Below, one piece after another: positions 10,768-20,512 of a stretch of 64,000 nt of DNA. Under the pieces are notes generated by a model. The model did no database searches. It worked only from the letters and a program-made list of their open reading frames with translations, and was not told the DNA's origin. The translations under genes were made by a program, and so were the position numbers. The stretch's first letter is position 1; each line of letters opens with the position of its first letter. This DNA is from Armatimonadota bacterium (GTDB taxonomy: Bacteria > Armatimonadota > UBA5829 > DTLH01): positions 1 through 64,000 of the forward strand of contig JBDKSP010000050.1 of assembly GCA_039680575.1 (NCBI GenBank). The letters run 5' to 3'.

Positions 10768-11970
10768 TTATCTACCGAATACCAGCGTCGAGACCATCAG
10801 GTTTCCATGGCAGTTTTCACCACCACGGAAACAGCCCTGCTCGCCATAAGTAAATGCACCGAGGAGTGGTTTTCCTCCAGTGTTGTTGTTTATTGCATCT
10901 ACTACAGAGGGTATTTCATCCTTTATAGCGAGCATATAACCAGCGCAGTATGTCAGAAATACTCCACTGACTTCTGAAGCTGACAATGATTTGCTATCCA
11001 TAGCTGTCTGTACAGCTCTACCAGCTCTTGGGATCAGGCTCTCTTTAGTGCCGAACATCATGAACAACCTGTCGCCTTTATTGACTTCCGCAAGCATGGT
11101 CATCGAGTTATCTTCTTTGATGATCTCCGGATTTATAGAATATACCAGGCGGTAATACGGCATATCACCGACATCGCCGACTATTTTTCCAAAAGGATAA
11201 AGGTCCGTTGCCTCCAGGACATTACCGCCGGATGATACGAAGTCCTGAATGGCTTTATCGACCCATTCGTGGTAGACAGTCGCGGCAGGGCGGTTATCTA
11301 TTTCGTAGAGGATTCTGCCTTCACATCGTGTTACTATTCCGCTGATATCTGTAGGGGTATAACCGCTGTAGAAGGCATAACCGACCGGCGCGGAGGGGAA
11401 CATCACTGCCACAGACAGCGCGTTATCATAGACCCGACCGTTGGCAAACTGCTGGTTCGGTTTGGAGAAATCATCATCCGCTGAACTGCCTCCTATTATA
11501 GGGACATCAGGGCCGACAACATCTTGTATTCCCTGGATTTGAATCTCTTCATAACCCGGTTCAGCAATCATAATGACCAGTTCCGGTATCTCTCCAGGCC
11601 TGCCGGACTCCCTAAGCGCTTCGGTTACGGCAGCAGCGGCTGATGCAAAGGAGTCTTCTCCTCTTGGTGCAGCGCCTACTCCATAGCTTCCTGCTTTATC
11701 ACAGATCCCCCACAGTCCAAGGGCTCTGCCGCCGTCGCAACGGGGTCCTTCCTCGGTTATTATACCGGCGCAGGAGGTCCCGCCGTGGGTCTGTGCATCA
11801 GGAGCAAGTTTTTTCAGTGTCGCCATTAGCTTTTGGCTGTCATAAGCAACCGATGTGAACACCATAATATAATCAGGCAAAGACTCCAGCCGGTCTACCA
11901 GCGTGTTGAATGCTTCAGTGACTGCGCACTCTGCATCAGGCGCAGTTGACCAGGAACTTGCTATCTTCAT
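10768..11970 (-). CDS. FIST (NosP-like) signal transduction protein, copy 1
   Basis: GGTSC, IIGGSSADD, LYEIDNRPA, YCAG, GAFTYGEQG and HGNL motifs. Confidence 0.85.
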   Translation of the reverse strand: MKIASSWSTAPDAECAVTEAFNTLVDRLESLPDYIMVFTSVAYDSQKLMATLKKLAPDAQTHGGTSCAGIITEEGPRCDGGRALGLWGICDKAGSYGVGAAPRGEDSFASAAAAVTEALRESGRPGEIPELVIMIAEPGYEEIQIQGIQDVVGPDVPIIGGSSADDDFSKPNQQFANGRVYDNALSVAVMFPSAPVGYAFYSGYTPTDISGIVTRCEGRILYEIDNRPAATVYHEWVDKAIQDFVSSGGNVLEATDLYPFGKIVGDVGDMPYYRLVYSINPEIIKEDNSMTMLAEVNKGDRLFMMFGTKESLIPRAGRAVQTAMDSKSLSASEVSGVFLTYCAGYMLAIKDEIPSVVDAINNNTGGKPLLGAFTYGEQGCFRGGENCHGNLMVSTLVFGR

Positions 11971-13230
11971 TACCTAACTCCAAATTTACTTGCTGTTGTT
12001 TTTACTTAACTGCCGAATACCAGTGTTGAGATCATCAGGTTTCCGTGGCAGCTTTCACCGCCAAGGAAACATCCTTGTTCGCCGTATGTAAACGCGCCGA
12101 GGAACGGTTTTCCTCCAAGAACGCCATTAATCCCATCTACTACTTGCTGCAGCTCATCTTTCATTGTAAGCATACTGCCGGCGCAGCATGCCATAAATAC
12201 TCCACTGACTTCTGAAGATGACAGCGCTCTACTCTTCATAGCTGCTTGTGCAACTCTACCTGCCCTGGAAAGAAGACTCTCTTTGGTGCCGGACAGCAAT
12301 GACAACTTCTCACCTTCGTTAACATTGGCGAACAGGGTCAATGACCCATCCTGTTGAACAGTTCTCAGGCTCACCAAACTATAATATGGTACATTGCCGA
12401 CGCTACCGAGCAGTCTTCCGATTGGAGCCATGCTCGCTGCCGCCAGGGCATTACCACCAGTCGGCAGGAAATCGTGGATGACTCCGTTAGTCCATTCATT
12501 GTAAACAAGCGCAGCAGGTCGGTTATCTATTTCGTAAAGGATTCTGCCATCGCATCGTGTTACCGTTCCGCTGATATCTGTCGGGCTGTAGCCACCGATG
12601 AAGGAATAACCGACCGGTACGGAGGGGAACATCACTGCCACAGACAGTGCATCATCATAGACTCGGCCGTTGGCAAACTGGTGCCAGTGTCCGTCGATGT
12701 TGTCATCCGCTGAGCTGCCCCCGATTATGGGAACATCAGGGCCGACAACATCCTGTATTCCCTGGATTTGAATCTCTTCATAACCCGGTTCAGCAATCAT
12801 AATGACCAGTTCCGGTATCTCTCCAGGCCTGCCGGACTCCCTAATCGCTTCGGTTACGGCAGCAGCGGCTGATGCAAAGGGGTCTTCTCCTCTTGGTGCA
12901 GCGCCTACTCCATAGCTTCCTGCTTTATCACAGATCCCCCACAGTCCAAGGGCTCTACCGCCGTCGCAACGGGGTCCTTCCTCGGTTGTTATACCGACAC
13001 AGGAGGTCCCGCCGTGGGTCTGTGCATCAGGAGCAAGTTTTTTCAGTGTCGCCATGAGCTTTTGGCTGTCATAGGCAACCGATGTGAACACCATAATATA
13101 GTCAGGCAAAGACTCCAGCCGGTCTACCAGCGTGTTGAATGCTTCAGTGACTGCGCACTCTTCATCAGGCGCAGTTGACCAGGAACTTGCTATCTTCATT
13201 ACCTAACTCCAAATTTACTTACTGTTGTTT
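11470..13230. repeat. Near-identical direct repeat pair (~11470-12001 and ~12700-13230) covering the RBS and N-terminal half of both FIST genes
   Basis: Offset 1229 nt; the upstream TACCTAACTCCAAATTTACTT is shared; 5 amino acid differences in the first ~166 residues. Confidence 0.9.
12006..13199 (-). CDS. FIST (NosP-like) signal transduction protein, copy 2
   Basis: Same FIST motifs; N-terminal half almost identical to copy 1. Confidence 0.85.
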   Translation of the reverse strand: MKIASSWSTAPDEECAVTEAFNTLVDRLESLPDYIMVFTSVAYDSQKLMATLKKLAPDAQTHGGTSCVGITTEEGPRCDGGRALGLWGICDKAGSYGVGAAPRGEDPFASAAAAVTEAIRESGRPGEIPELVIMIAEPGYEEIQIQGIQDVVGPDVPIIGGSSADDNIDGHWHQFANGRVYDDALSVAVMFPSVPVGYSFIGGYSPTDISGTVTRCDGRILYEIDNRPAALVYNEWTNGVIHDFLPTGGNALAAASMAPIGRLLGSVGNVPYYSLVSLRTVQQDGSLTLFANVNEGEKLSLLSGTKESLLSRAGRVAQAAMKSRALSSSEVSGVFMACCAGSMLTMKDELQQVVDGINGVLGGKPFLGAFTYGEQGCFLGGESCHGNLMISTLVFGS

Positions 13231-13388
13231 CAGAGGTCTCCAAAACAGCTAAAGATCCTCAAAGATGAAGGATACTAAGGGGACTAGCTTGTATTATTAT
13301 TGGATTATCTTCTTGAATGTATTAGGGCAAAGCCTGTTCTTCTCTGATACAATACCTGCCTAGGGCGGGTATGCTGAAGTAATGAAGC

Positions 13389-15857
13389 ATGGGGGCACAA
13401 ACGATGGAGTATGGTCACTATTCGGAAGATGGGCGCGAGTTTATTATCACCAGGCCGGATACGCCGAAACCCTGGGTCAATTGTCTGACTAACGGGAGCT
13501 ACTGCGCGCTTGTTTCTCAGACCGGAGGCGGGTATTCATTCATCGGCGGGCCTGGATATGACCGAATTACCCGCGCTGGTCCCGACATCATAGCATCGGA
13601 CAGGCCTGGGCGGTATGTTTTTGTAAGAGACAACTCGACCGGCGAGTTTTTCAGCATTGGTTGGCAGCCGGTAATGCGCGAGCCGGACAAATTCGAGTGC
13701 CACCATACTCAAGGTGTGACAACAATCGCTTCGTCATATCTTGGAATAGCCGGGCAGATGGTAATTTTTGTACCGATGGACGATAACATGGAGGTCTGGC
13801 GCGTAACACTCGAAAATGAGCGCGATGATCCCGCCGACCTGTCTATTTTTACTTATGTCGAGTGGGTTTTAGGCAATTATTCCGACGATCTGGCACAGAG
13901 GCAATCATCCGTCCGATTTAACCAGGTAACTTTTGAGGATAACTGCATACTGGCGACGAAGCGGATGTGGAGGCGGCCTCAGTCGGTAAGCTCTGCAGTG
14001 GTAGATGTCCGGCGAGGCAGCCGCAGGCATTCGCCAGAGGTAATAAGCGCCAACCAGTCCTGGGGCAAGTATGCATTTATCGCTGCGACTGTGCCGGTCG
14101 ATGGTTTCGACTGCGACCGCGAGGCGTTTGTCGGCCGTTACGGGGAACTCTCATGCCCCAGGGCAGTGAAAGAAGGCAAGTGTTCGAACTCAGACAGCAA
14201 TGGACGGGACTCGGTCGGGGTAATCGAAACCCGGTTCATCATCCCGGCGCGGGAAAAGGTGAATTTCGGTGTGCTTGTGGGGATTGCGCTTCACGCAGCC
14301 GATCCGTCCGGTGTGGTCGCCAGGTACAGCGAGCCGGGCGAGGTAGAATCGAAGCTCGACGAAGTCAAAAATTACTGGGACGATTACCTTGCCAGACTTA
14401 TCGTAAGCACTCCTGACCCGCATTTCAACCGATCGGTCAATATCTGGGATAAGCTGCAGTCGTGGGTGTTCGTCGAGTCGCCCGCAATGCCATCTTTATA
14501 CCGCGGAGGCGTTTCGGTCGTGAACTTCAAAGAAAACTGCTTTGAAGTTCTTGGCGTGCTTCCGATGGACCCTGAGTTTTCCAAGTCCTGCCTGGCTCAG
14601 ATACTCAGACATCAATACCGCGACGGGAATGTTGCACACCGTTGGGAGGTAAGAAGCAATGCGGGAGTCCGCTCAGGCTATCCTGATGACCCCCTCTGGC
14701 TCGTTTTCGCTCTCACGAGCTATCTGAGAGAGACAGGCGATACTGAATTTCTCAATCAGGCAATTTCGCACTACTATGCACGTGGTGGTGATACGGTATA
14801 CGGCCACATGGTCCGCGCCATAGAGTTCTGCCTCTCACGGTTGAGTCCTCGCGGGCTCTTTCTCCTCGGACCGGGTGATTGGAACGAGTCGCTCGATCAG
14901 GTAGGCCATGAAGACGGGGGCGAAAGTGTGCTGACAACGATGATGCTCGCAGGTGCGCTTACCGAAGCTGCGGAAGTAGCCCGGATAATGGGAGAGCGAT
15001 CGAGAGCTACAGCCTGGGTCACCCACGCGCGCAACTTGAGAGGCAGGATCAACAGGTTTGCCTGGGACGGCTCCTGGTACATCCGTGCCATAACCAGCCA
15101 GGGCAGCCTGATAGGAAGCTCGTTGAACAGGTGTGGTTCGATTTTTCTGGAACCTCAAGCATGGTCTGTAATTTCAAAGACCGCTTCGAATGAACAGGGG
15201 ATAACCGCTATGAACAGCGTAAAGGAACGGCTGGACACGCCGTGCGGTCCTGCTCTCATTCAGCCGGCTTACGAAATACCCGATAGAACGATCGGCACAA
15301 TCACCAGATTCTCGCCAGGGCTCGCGCAAAATGGCGGGGTATTCACTATCTCCGCATGTTGGGCGGTGATGGCGGAATGCATGCTTGGGCGCGGCAACAG
15401 GGCATACGAAATCTATCGAAAAGCGCTCGGCGCGGCAAGGACAGCCGACCAGGAGCATTATGAAGCCGAACCTTACCTTTATCCTGAATACATGGAGGGC
15501 GCAGATTCCGGAAAACCGGGCTGCGGGCGTTTTACATGGACTCAAGGGGCGGCGTCATGGGCCTGGAGAACGTGCATCGATTGGATCTGCGGCGTAAAGC
15601 CGGACTACCGCGGGCTGCGGATAGACCCATGCGTTCCTTCAGGCTGGCAGGAATTTACGGTAATTCGCCCGTTTCGGGATGCCGTCTACAGGATTGCCTT
15701 CGAGAATCCCGACGGCGTGGAGAAAAGAGTGCGGGAGATCACTGTTGACGGTAGGAGAGTAAATCCACACAGTCCCATCCACGACTTCCGTGACCGTAAA
15801 GTCCACGAAGTCCGGGTCATTATGGGAAATGCACCTGCTGCGGGAACTAAACCATAA
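13389..15857 (+). CDS. GH94 glycoside phosphorylase-like protein with altered active-site motifs
   Basis: YGHYS..GREFIIT..TPKPWVN, SQTGGGYSF, DDPLWL, WDGSWYIRA, IFLEPQAW, EPYLY..Y, GLRIDPCVP; DWND appears as DWNE. Confidence 0.85.
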   Translation: MGAQTMEYGHYSEDGREFIITRPDTPKPWVNCLTNGSYCALVSQTGGGYSFIGGPGYDRITRAGPDIIASDRPGRYVFVRDNSTGEFFSIGWQPVMREPDKFECHHTQGVTTIASSYLGIAGQMVIFVPMDDNMEVWRVTLENERDDPADLSIFTYVEWVLGNYSDDLAQRQSSVRFNQVTFEDNCILATKRMWRRPQSVSSAVVDVRRGSRRHSPEVISANQSWGKYAFIAATVPVDGFDCDREAFVGRYGELSCPRAVKEGKCSNSDSNGRDSVGVIETRFIIPAREKVNFGVLVGIALHAADPSGVVARYSEPGEVESKLDEVKNYWDDYLARLIVSTPDPHFNRSVNIWDKLQSWVFVESPAMPSLYRGGVSVVNFKENCFEVLGVLPMDPEFSKSCLAQILRHQYRDGNVAHRWEVRSNAGVRSGYPDDPLWLVFALTSYLRETGDTEFLNQAISHYYARGGDTVYGHMVRAIEFCLSRLSPRGLFLLGPGDWNESLDQVGHEDGGESVLTTMMLAGALTEAAEVARIMGERSRATAWVTHARNLRGRINRFAWDGSWYIRAITSQGSLIGSSLNRCGSIFLEPQAWSVISKTASNEQGITAMNSVKERLDTPCGPALIQPAYEIPDRTIGTITRFSPGLAQNGGVFTISACWAVMAECMLGRGNRAYEIYRKALGAARTADQEHYEAEPYLYPEYMEGADSGKPGCGRFTWTQGAASWAWRTCIDWICGVKPDYRGLRIDPCVPSGWQEFTVIRPFRDAVYRIAFENPDGVEKRVREITVDGRRVNPHSPIHDFRDRKVHEVRVIMGNAPAAGTKP

Positions 15858-15921
15858 GCAATAACATAGATACTCGCATGTTTTCCGTTCCAGCATATAA
15901 AAGATTCCCTTATACTGTCGC

Positions 15922-16050
15922 AAGAGTTCAGAGTTGATGAGTATAATATCATGTTGAACGAACACTACGTCATGCTGAGCTTGACTCAGCATCCAGGAAG
16001 AAAATGGACCCTGAATCCATGATGACGTGTTGATTATTCAGGTTGATGTA
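15922..16050 (+). repeat. REP/REPIN-like element family 1, copy A
   Basis: Contains the GTCATGCTGAG-CTTGA-CTCAGCATCC hairpin; matches copies at 40421, 49701 and 56199. Confidence 0.85.
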
Positions 16051-16172
16051 AGCTCTCTCATTATGAGTGAATTCTTACATACCGTCTGTAATAATCACCG
16101 CGAACAGCCTATAATACCAGCAGAGCTTGAATTTTAAACAAATAAGCATACAAGCTTTTGAGGTGATGTATT

Positions 16173-19100
16173 ATGGGCAGGATGCCACGTCTCTTTCTAC
16201 TTATTACTTTAACTTTCACTTTGCTGTATACGGCTACATACGCTCAACGGCTGCAGCCAGTTCAAAACAATGACCGGATCCGTCAGCGGATAGAGCGGTT
16301 TCAGGGTTTGTCTCATGCCATGCAGGCTGCTGGCCCCTGGCTTGGGATCAATTTGAAATACCCATCCAAAGATGCGGGTATTACCGGCGCTCTTGTGGGC
16401 GATGTAGCCGTGAACTCACCAGCCGATGCTGCCGGAATCAAGATCGGTGACGTAATCACCAATTTGAACGGGAAGGACGTTAAATCGGCAGACGATCTCA
16501 CCAGTGCAGCCTCAACCCTTGAGAAAGGTAAGCCATACAAGATCACTTTCCGACGTGGAAGCGAAAGCCTGACAGTGGATATTACACCCCAGGAAAAAGC
16601 TGCCACGATTTCGGTAAAGCGGAAACTGGCGGACATCAATGTCCTCAAATATGCCGTAATAGACCCCACAAGTCACGTGATCACCCTGATCGGCAAATAC
16701 GATCCAGTCTATAAAACAGGTTCCATACCTTACTATGACCTTTTGAATGATGCCATGGAGAGTCCTTATCCCTGGTTTTCTCTTGAACCGACCGATGAGA
16801 CCAAAAATGGGGTAAAAAAGGTCCATTCCGCCATAAGCGAAGACGTAGCGCGGATGTATTCCGATTCCAGCTACTGCAGCACATGGACTATGAATCTGCT
16901 GAATATGATTCTAAATGATCCGACCCTTTCGAGTGACCGCGCGGAGTTTATCAAAAAAGGCGCTGAGGCGTTCAATATCAGCGAGCCTGAAATGCTGATG
17001 ATACTCCAGAACTCAGCAGCCGGCACGACCAGTGACGAACTGATACCGGTACTCGGCAAGGTCCTGTTGGGTATGGGTTATACTCAAGTCGGCCAGTCCC
17101 TCCTGACACATAACAATGACTCACAGCAAGCCTTTCAGTTACTTGGAATAAGCACGGAATCTTCAGATATCATCTCGAAATTCCAGTCGGGTGAAATGTC
17201 TAGGGAAGAAGCAAGCCTGAAGTTAGCGGTACTCTTGGAGTCTGCTATTCTCCGCGGCCTGAATATACCGGAGTCGGAATACGAACCCAAGGCAAACGCA
17301 GTGCTTAATGGCCGTATGGACGTAAGTGAGTACTTGAAGTACACGGAGCAGAAAGTGACGGATATAGTTGTAGACGGGGTAGGACTCAAGATGTTCAACG
17401 GCCTCACACTGTCTCACAAGCTCCTCACTCGGCTCTACAATGTCCCGACTCCGCAGATGGATCTCGTCTTCAATGGTGTTCCTGCCGGTTCTTTACTTGG
17501 AGATGTTCTCTTTAGGGCTGATTATGCTCTGAAGTCGGTCTGTACGAATCCGGAAGTGAAAAACAGTATACCGGGGTTCCAAACGGAAATGGATTATATG
17601 TATGACTCTTCCACGAAGACCGGAATTCGCATACCGGGGGATGCCGGGGCGGAGGTAGGCCATCGTCTGATACCGGGAGAGGTCAAGATGCGAGTATCGC
17701 CATCCGGGGATGTAGTCACGTTCGATGAGGCTAACGTCAAAATCATCGGATGGCTGATCGGGACGACCGGTAAGAAATGCACCACGGAAGTCGCGGGCTT
17801 TATGAAGAGTTCCGCGGAGGGCTACAGCGATTATCTGACCCAAAACTACGATCAGCTTGCGAAAGTTTTCCCTGAGCTTCATCGCATCCGAGAAGCTGAG
17901 AAGCTGATAGCTTTCGCGCGGTGGGCAAAGAAGAATGGCTACAGTATAGTTGTGGACAGAGCGACAGGCATCAAGATGGCGCAGTCCCCGACTGCTGTCG
18001 GGTTCTGGCAGGCTGTATTTACAGCGGATCAGAAAGAGTTCAGCCTGACCATCATAACCGAGGGCGGCGCATCATTCGGTCAGAGCGAGGGCGAAGAATG
18101 GGTCAAGCCGAATGTCGACAGAGAAGTTACTTCCGATGTATCGAAGCAGCTCGTGATGAGCGCGGTAATGGCCAAACAGGCTGCATTGGATGCCATTGAC
18201 GGCAATATCGAGGCTGCGCGCGATATGGCGGATAAGAGCGCCCTTGCAATGACCGGCGACATTGATTTCACCAAGCTTCCAACGCTGGAAGACTTGCCGC
18301 TTCCTTCCGATCAACCGGCACAGTCGGTTGTCTTGTCCAATGAAGCCGTATCGGCAGTAGATGAGAACCTGAGGAAGATCGAAGACGCGAAGATCACTAT
18401 GGCAAAAGCCGATGAGCTGCAAAATGTCTCTCCTAAAGAGGCGGCAGTGTTCCGCGAGGAGGCTGAAGCCCAGACCCGTCAGGCGAATGCAAACCTGCAG
18501 GGTATCCGCGATGCGATGGATTCCATAAAAAATGATCCCATACACGTCGGCGATGTAGCCATAGCAATCCATAATCTAGGCGGTAAGGTCACACCTGCAT
18601 CTATTGTTGCGTCTAATCCGTCAAATACGAGCGGTACAGCAGCGCAGACAACCGTAAACGGCCAGGATATTGCTGTAAAACCGGCCGGGGATGGTGGAAT
18701 CACTCCTGAACTCAGAAAGAAGTATCTAGCGCAGCTCGAATCACTCCAAAGTCAGCTGGAAGCGACGAAAGCGCAGCTCCAGAAGCTCAACAAGTCTATT
18801 CAACAGGACCAGAAGCAGTTCGATGACTGGGAGAAGGTCGCGCAGGACGGAATGGACAAGTGCAGCAATTTCCTCTACGGCCTGCTGATGGATGCAACTG
18901 CTGGTCAGCTCTCGGACCGATATGAAGAAATGCATAAACTCGCGGAAAAGCTGCCGAACCATCCAGAGGACCTGATTACCAGGTTGAACCATATTAAGAA
19001 CTGGTTCAAAGCCATGAAGTACACTCAAACGCTCAAGGATGTTTCGGACGTAGCCGCAAGAGACGGCGAAACCCTCCAGGAACTTCTGGAGGAAGTCCGG

Positions 19101-19349
19101 GACGATCTGAATATCATCGTCGGCATCACGCCTCTTGATAAGACGCTTCCTGGCGCGCTCTGGAAATACGGCAGCAACGTCGCCGATATGGCCTACAGCT
19201 ACACAGAGTTCTCAGCCGCTTATGACCGCATCAACCAGCTGGATAAGAACAGCGACGACTATCTGAAGGCTGTGAAAGCGCTTTCCGAAAGAATGAAGAA
19301 AGTTGTGGACCAGATCAAAGACCTCAAGTCGAAGCTGGGCATCCAGTAA
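16173..19349 (+). CDS. Large secreted protein with N-terminal PDZ domain and C-terminal coiled coil
   Basis: Signal peptide; PWLGI..SPADAAGIKIGDVIT PDZ; helical body with VLFRADYALK; heptad-rich LAQLESLQSQLEATKAQLQKLNK. Confidence 0.75.
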   Translation: MGRMPRLFLLITLTFTLLYTATYAQRLQPVQNNDRIRQRIERFQGLSHAMQAAGPWLGINLKYPSKDAGITGALVGDVAVNSPADAAGIKIGDVITNLNGKDVKSADDLTSAASTLEKGKPYKITFRRGSESLTVDITPQEKAATISVKRKLADINVLKYAVIDPTSHVITLIGKYDPVYKTGSIPYYDLLNDAMESPYPWFSLEPTDETKNGVKKVHSAISEDVARMYSDSSYCSTWTMNLLNMILNDPTLSSDRAEFIKKGAEAFNISEPEMLMILQNSAAGTTSDELIPVLGKVLLGMGYTQVGQSLLTHNNDSQQAFQLLGISTESSDIISKFQSGEMSREEASLKLAVLLESAILRGLNIPESEYEPKANAVLNGRMDVSEYLKYTEQKVTDIVVDGVGLKMFNGLTLSHKLLTRLYNVPTPQMDLVFNGVPAGSLLGDVLFRADYALKSVCTNPEVKNSIPGFQTEMDYMYDSSTKTGIRIPGDAGAEVGHRLIPGEVKMRVSPSGDVVTFDEANVKIIGWLIGTTGKKCTTEVAGFMKSSAEGYSDYLTQNYDQLAKVFPELHRIREAEKLIAFARWAKKNGYSIVVDRATGIKMAQSPTAVGFWQAVFTADQKEFSLTIITEGGASFGQSEGEEWVKPNVDREVTSDVSKQLVMSAVMAKQAALDAIDGNIEAARDMADKSALAMTGDIDFTKLPTLEDLPLPSDQPAQSVVLSNEAVSAVDENLRKIEDAKITMAKADELQNVSPKEAAVFREEAEAQTRQANANLQGIRDAMDSIKNDPIHVGDVAIAIHNLGGKVTPASIVASNPSNTSGTAAQTTVNGQDIAVKPAGDGGITPELRKKYLAQLESLQSQLEATKAQLQKLNKSIQQDQKQFDDWEKVAQDGMDKCSNFLYGLLMDATAGQLSDRYEEMHKLAEKLPNHPEDLITRLNHIKNWFKAMKYTQTLKDVSDVAARDGETLQELLEEVRDDLNIIVGITPLDKTLPGALWKYGSNVADMAYSYTEFSAAYDRINQLDKNSDDYLKAVKALSERMKKVVDQIKDLKSKLGIQ

Positions 19350-19492
19350 GCGCAGTAAGTGGTCATTTGAGGCATTGAGTCTGCTTGTTTGGCGTCTTTC
19401 GATAACTCATGTATAATGGAGTCGGTAGTATAAACGACTTCAAAAGGGCTTCATTCGTTTTACGAATAAAGCCCTTTTGACATAAGGAGCCT

Positions 19493-20512
19493 TTGGTGAC
19501 ACAACTTGCAAGAGAGCTTATCGTTTCGGGCTCGATATTATTCATAACGATCTTCATCGCAGCGTTAGCCGCCAAGATGCTTGCGCGGGCTTCGCGCGGG
19601 TTCCTCAAGAACGATAACGAGCTTATGTGCAGCTTCACGAGAGACTTGAGAGTTCCCGTCGGAGGTTTGATACTGATAGCGGGCATGTATACAGCGCTCC
19701 TCAGGTCAACCGCATGCTGGTCATCGGTGGTTAGGAACGAAAAATGGTTTGTCGCAGCGGCAACGCTTCTAGTGGTGTATGCTATCTCCAAGGGTGCGAG
19801 CCTTGCGATCAGGTGGTACATCAAATCATACGGTGACCCCACTCCTTCAAGCCATTCATCCGTGTATTGCAAGGTCGTTGTATTGGCGATCTGGGTATTT
19901 GCAATTGTCCTGGTACTGGACCAACTCGGATACAAGATAACGACGATCATTGCCGGACTGGGAATCGCCGGTCTTGCTGTCGGTCTCGGACTTCAGGATA
20001 CCATCGCGAACTTATTTTCCGGTTTTTACCTGATGGTGGACCGCAGCGTGCGCTCCGGCGACTATATCAAGTTGGATTCCGGGGTAGAAGGGTTCGTGGA
20101 CGCCGTCGGCTGGCGAAACACCAGGATACATGTCTGGTCAAACAATCTCGTCCTTGTCCCGAACTCCAAGCTGATCCAGAGCGTTATCACCAACTGCACC
20201 TTGCCGTCACCGAGCGTCTCCGTCTCCGTCCAGTGCAGAGTGAGCTACCAGAGCGATCTGGAGCAGGTCGAGCGGCTGGCAGTGCAGACCGCGAAGGAAG
20301 TCATAGAGCGAGTCCCCGGAGCCGATACCGGTTTTGAGCCGCTGGTCAGGTTCAAAGAGTTCGGTGAGTCCAACATCAACTTTGCTGTGACCATGCGCTC
20401 AGAGGATGTCAATACACAGTATTTACTGCAGCATGAGTTCATGAAGGCGCTTCACAAGCGGTTCATCGACGAAGGTATCGAAATATCACTTCCGCGTTAT
20501 AGCTGTCAGTAA
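19493..20512 (+). CDS. mscS: MscS family mechanosensitive ion channel
   Basis: LGIAGLAVGLGLQDTIANLFSG, GDYIKL, VGWRNT, VPNS and FGESNINF. Confidence 0.9.
   Translation: MVTQLARELIVSGSILFITIFIAALAAKMLARASRGFLKNDNELMCSFTRDLRVPVGGLILIAGMYTALLRSTACWSSVVRNEKWFVAAATLLVVYAISKGASLAIRWYIKSYGDPTPSSHSSVYCKVVVLAIWVFAIVLVLDQLGYKITTIIAGLGIAGLAVGLGLQDTIANLFSGFYLMVDRSVRSGDYIKLDSGVEGFVDAVGWRNTRIHVWSNNLVLVPNSKLIQSVITNCTLPSPSVSVSVQCRVSYQSDLEQVERLAVQTAKEVIERVPGADTGFEPLVRFKEFGESNINFAVTMRSEDVNTQYLLQHEFMKALHKRFIDEGIEISLPRYSCQ

Noticed and set aside
19363..19950. 195-aa minus-strand ORF
   Set aside because: Overlaps mscS on the opposite strand; no motifs
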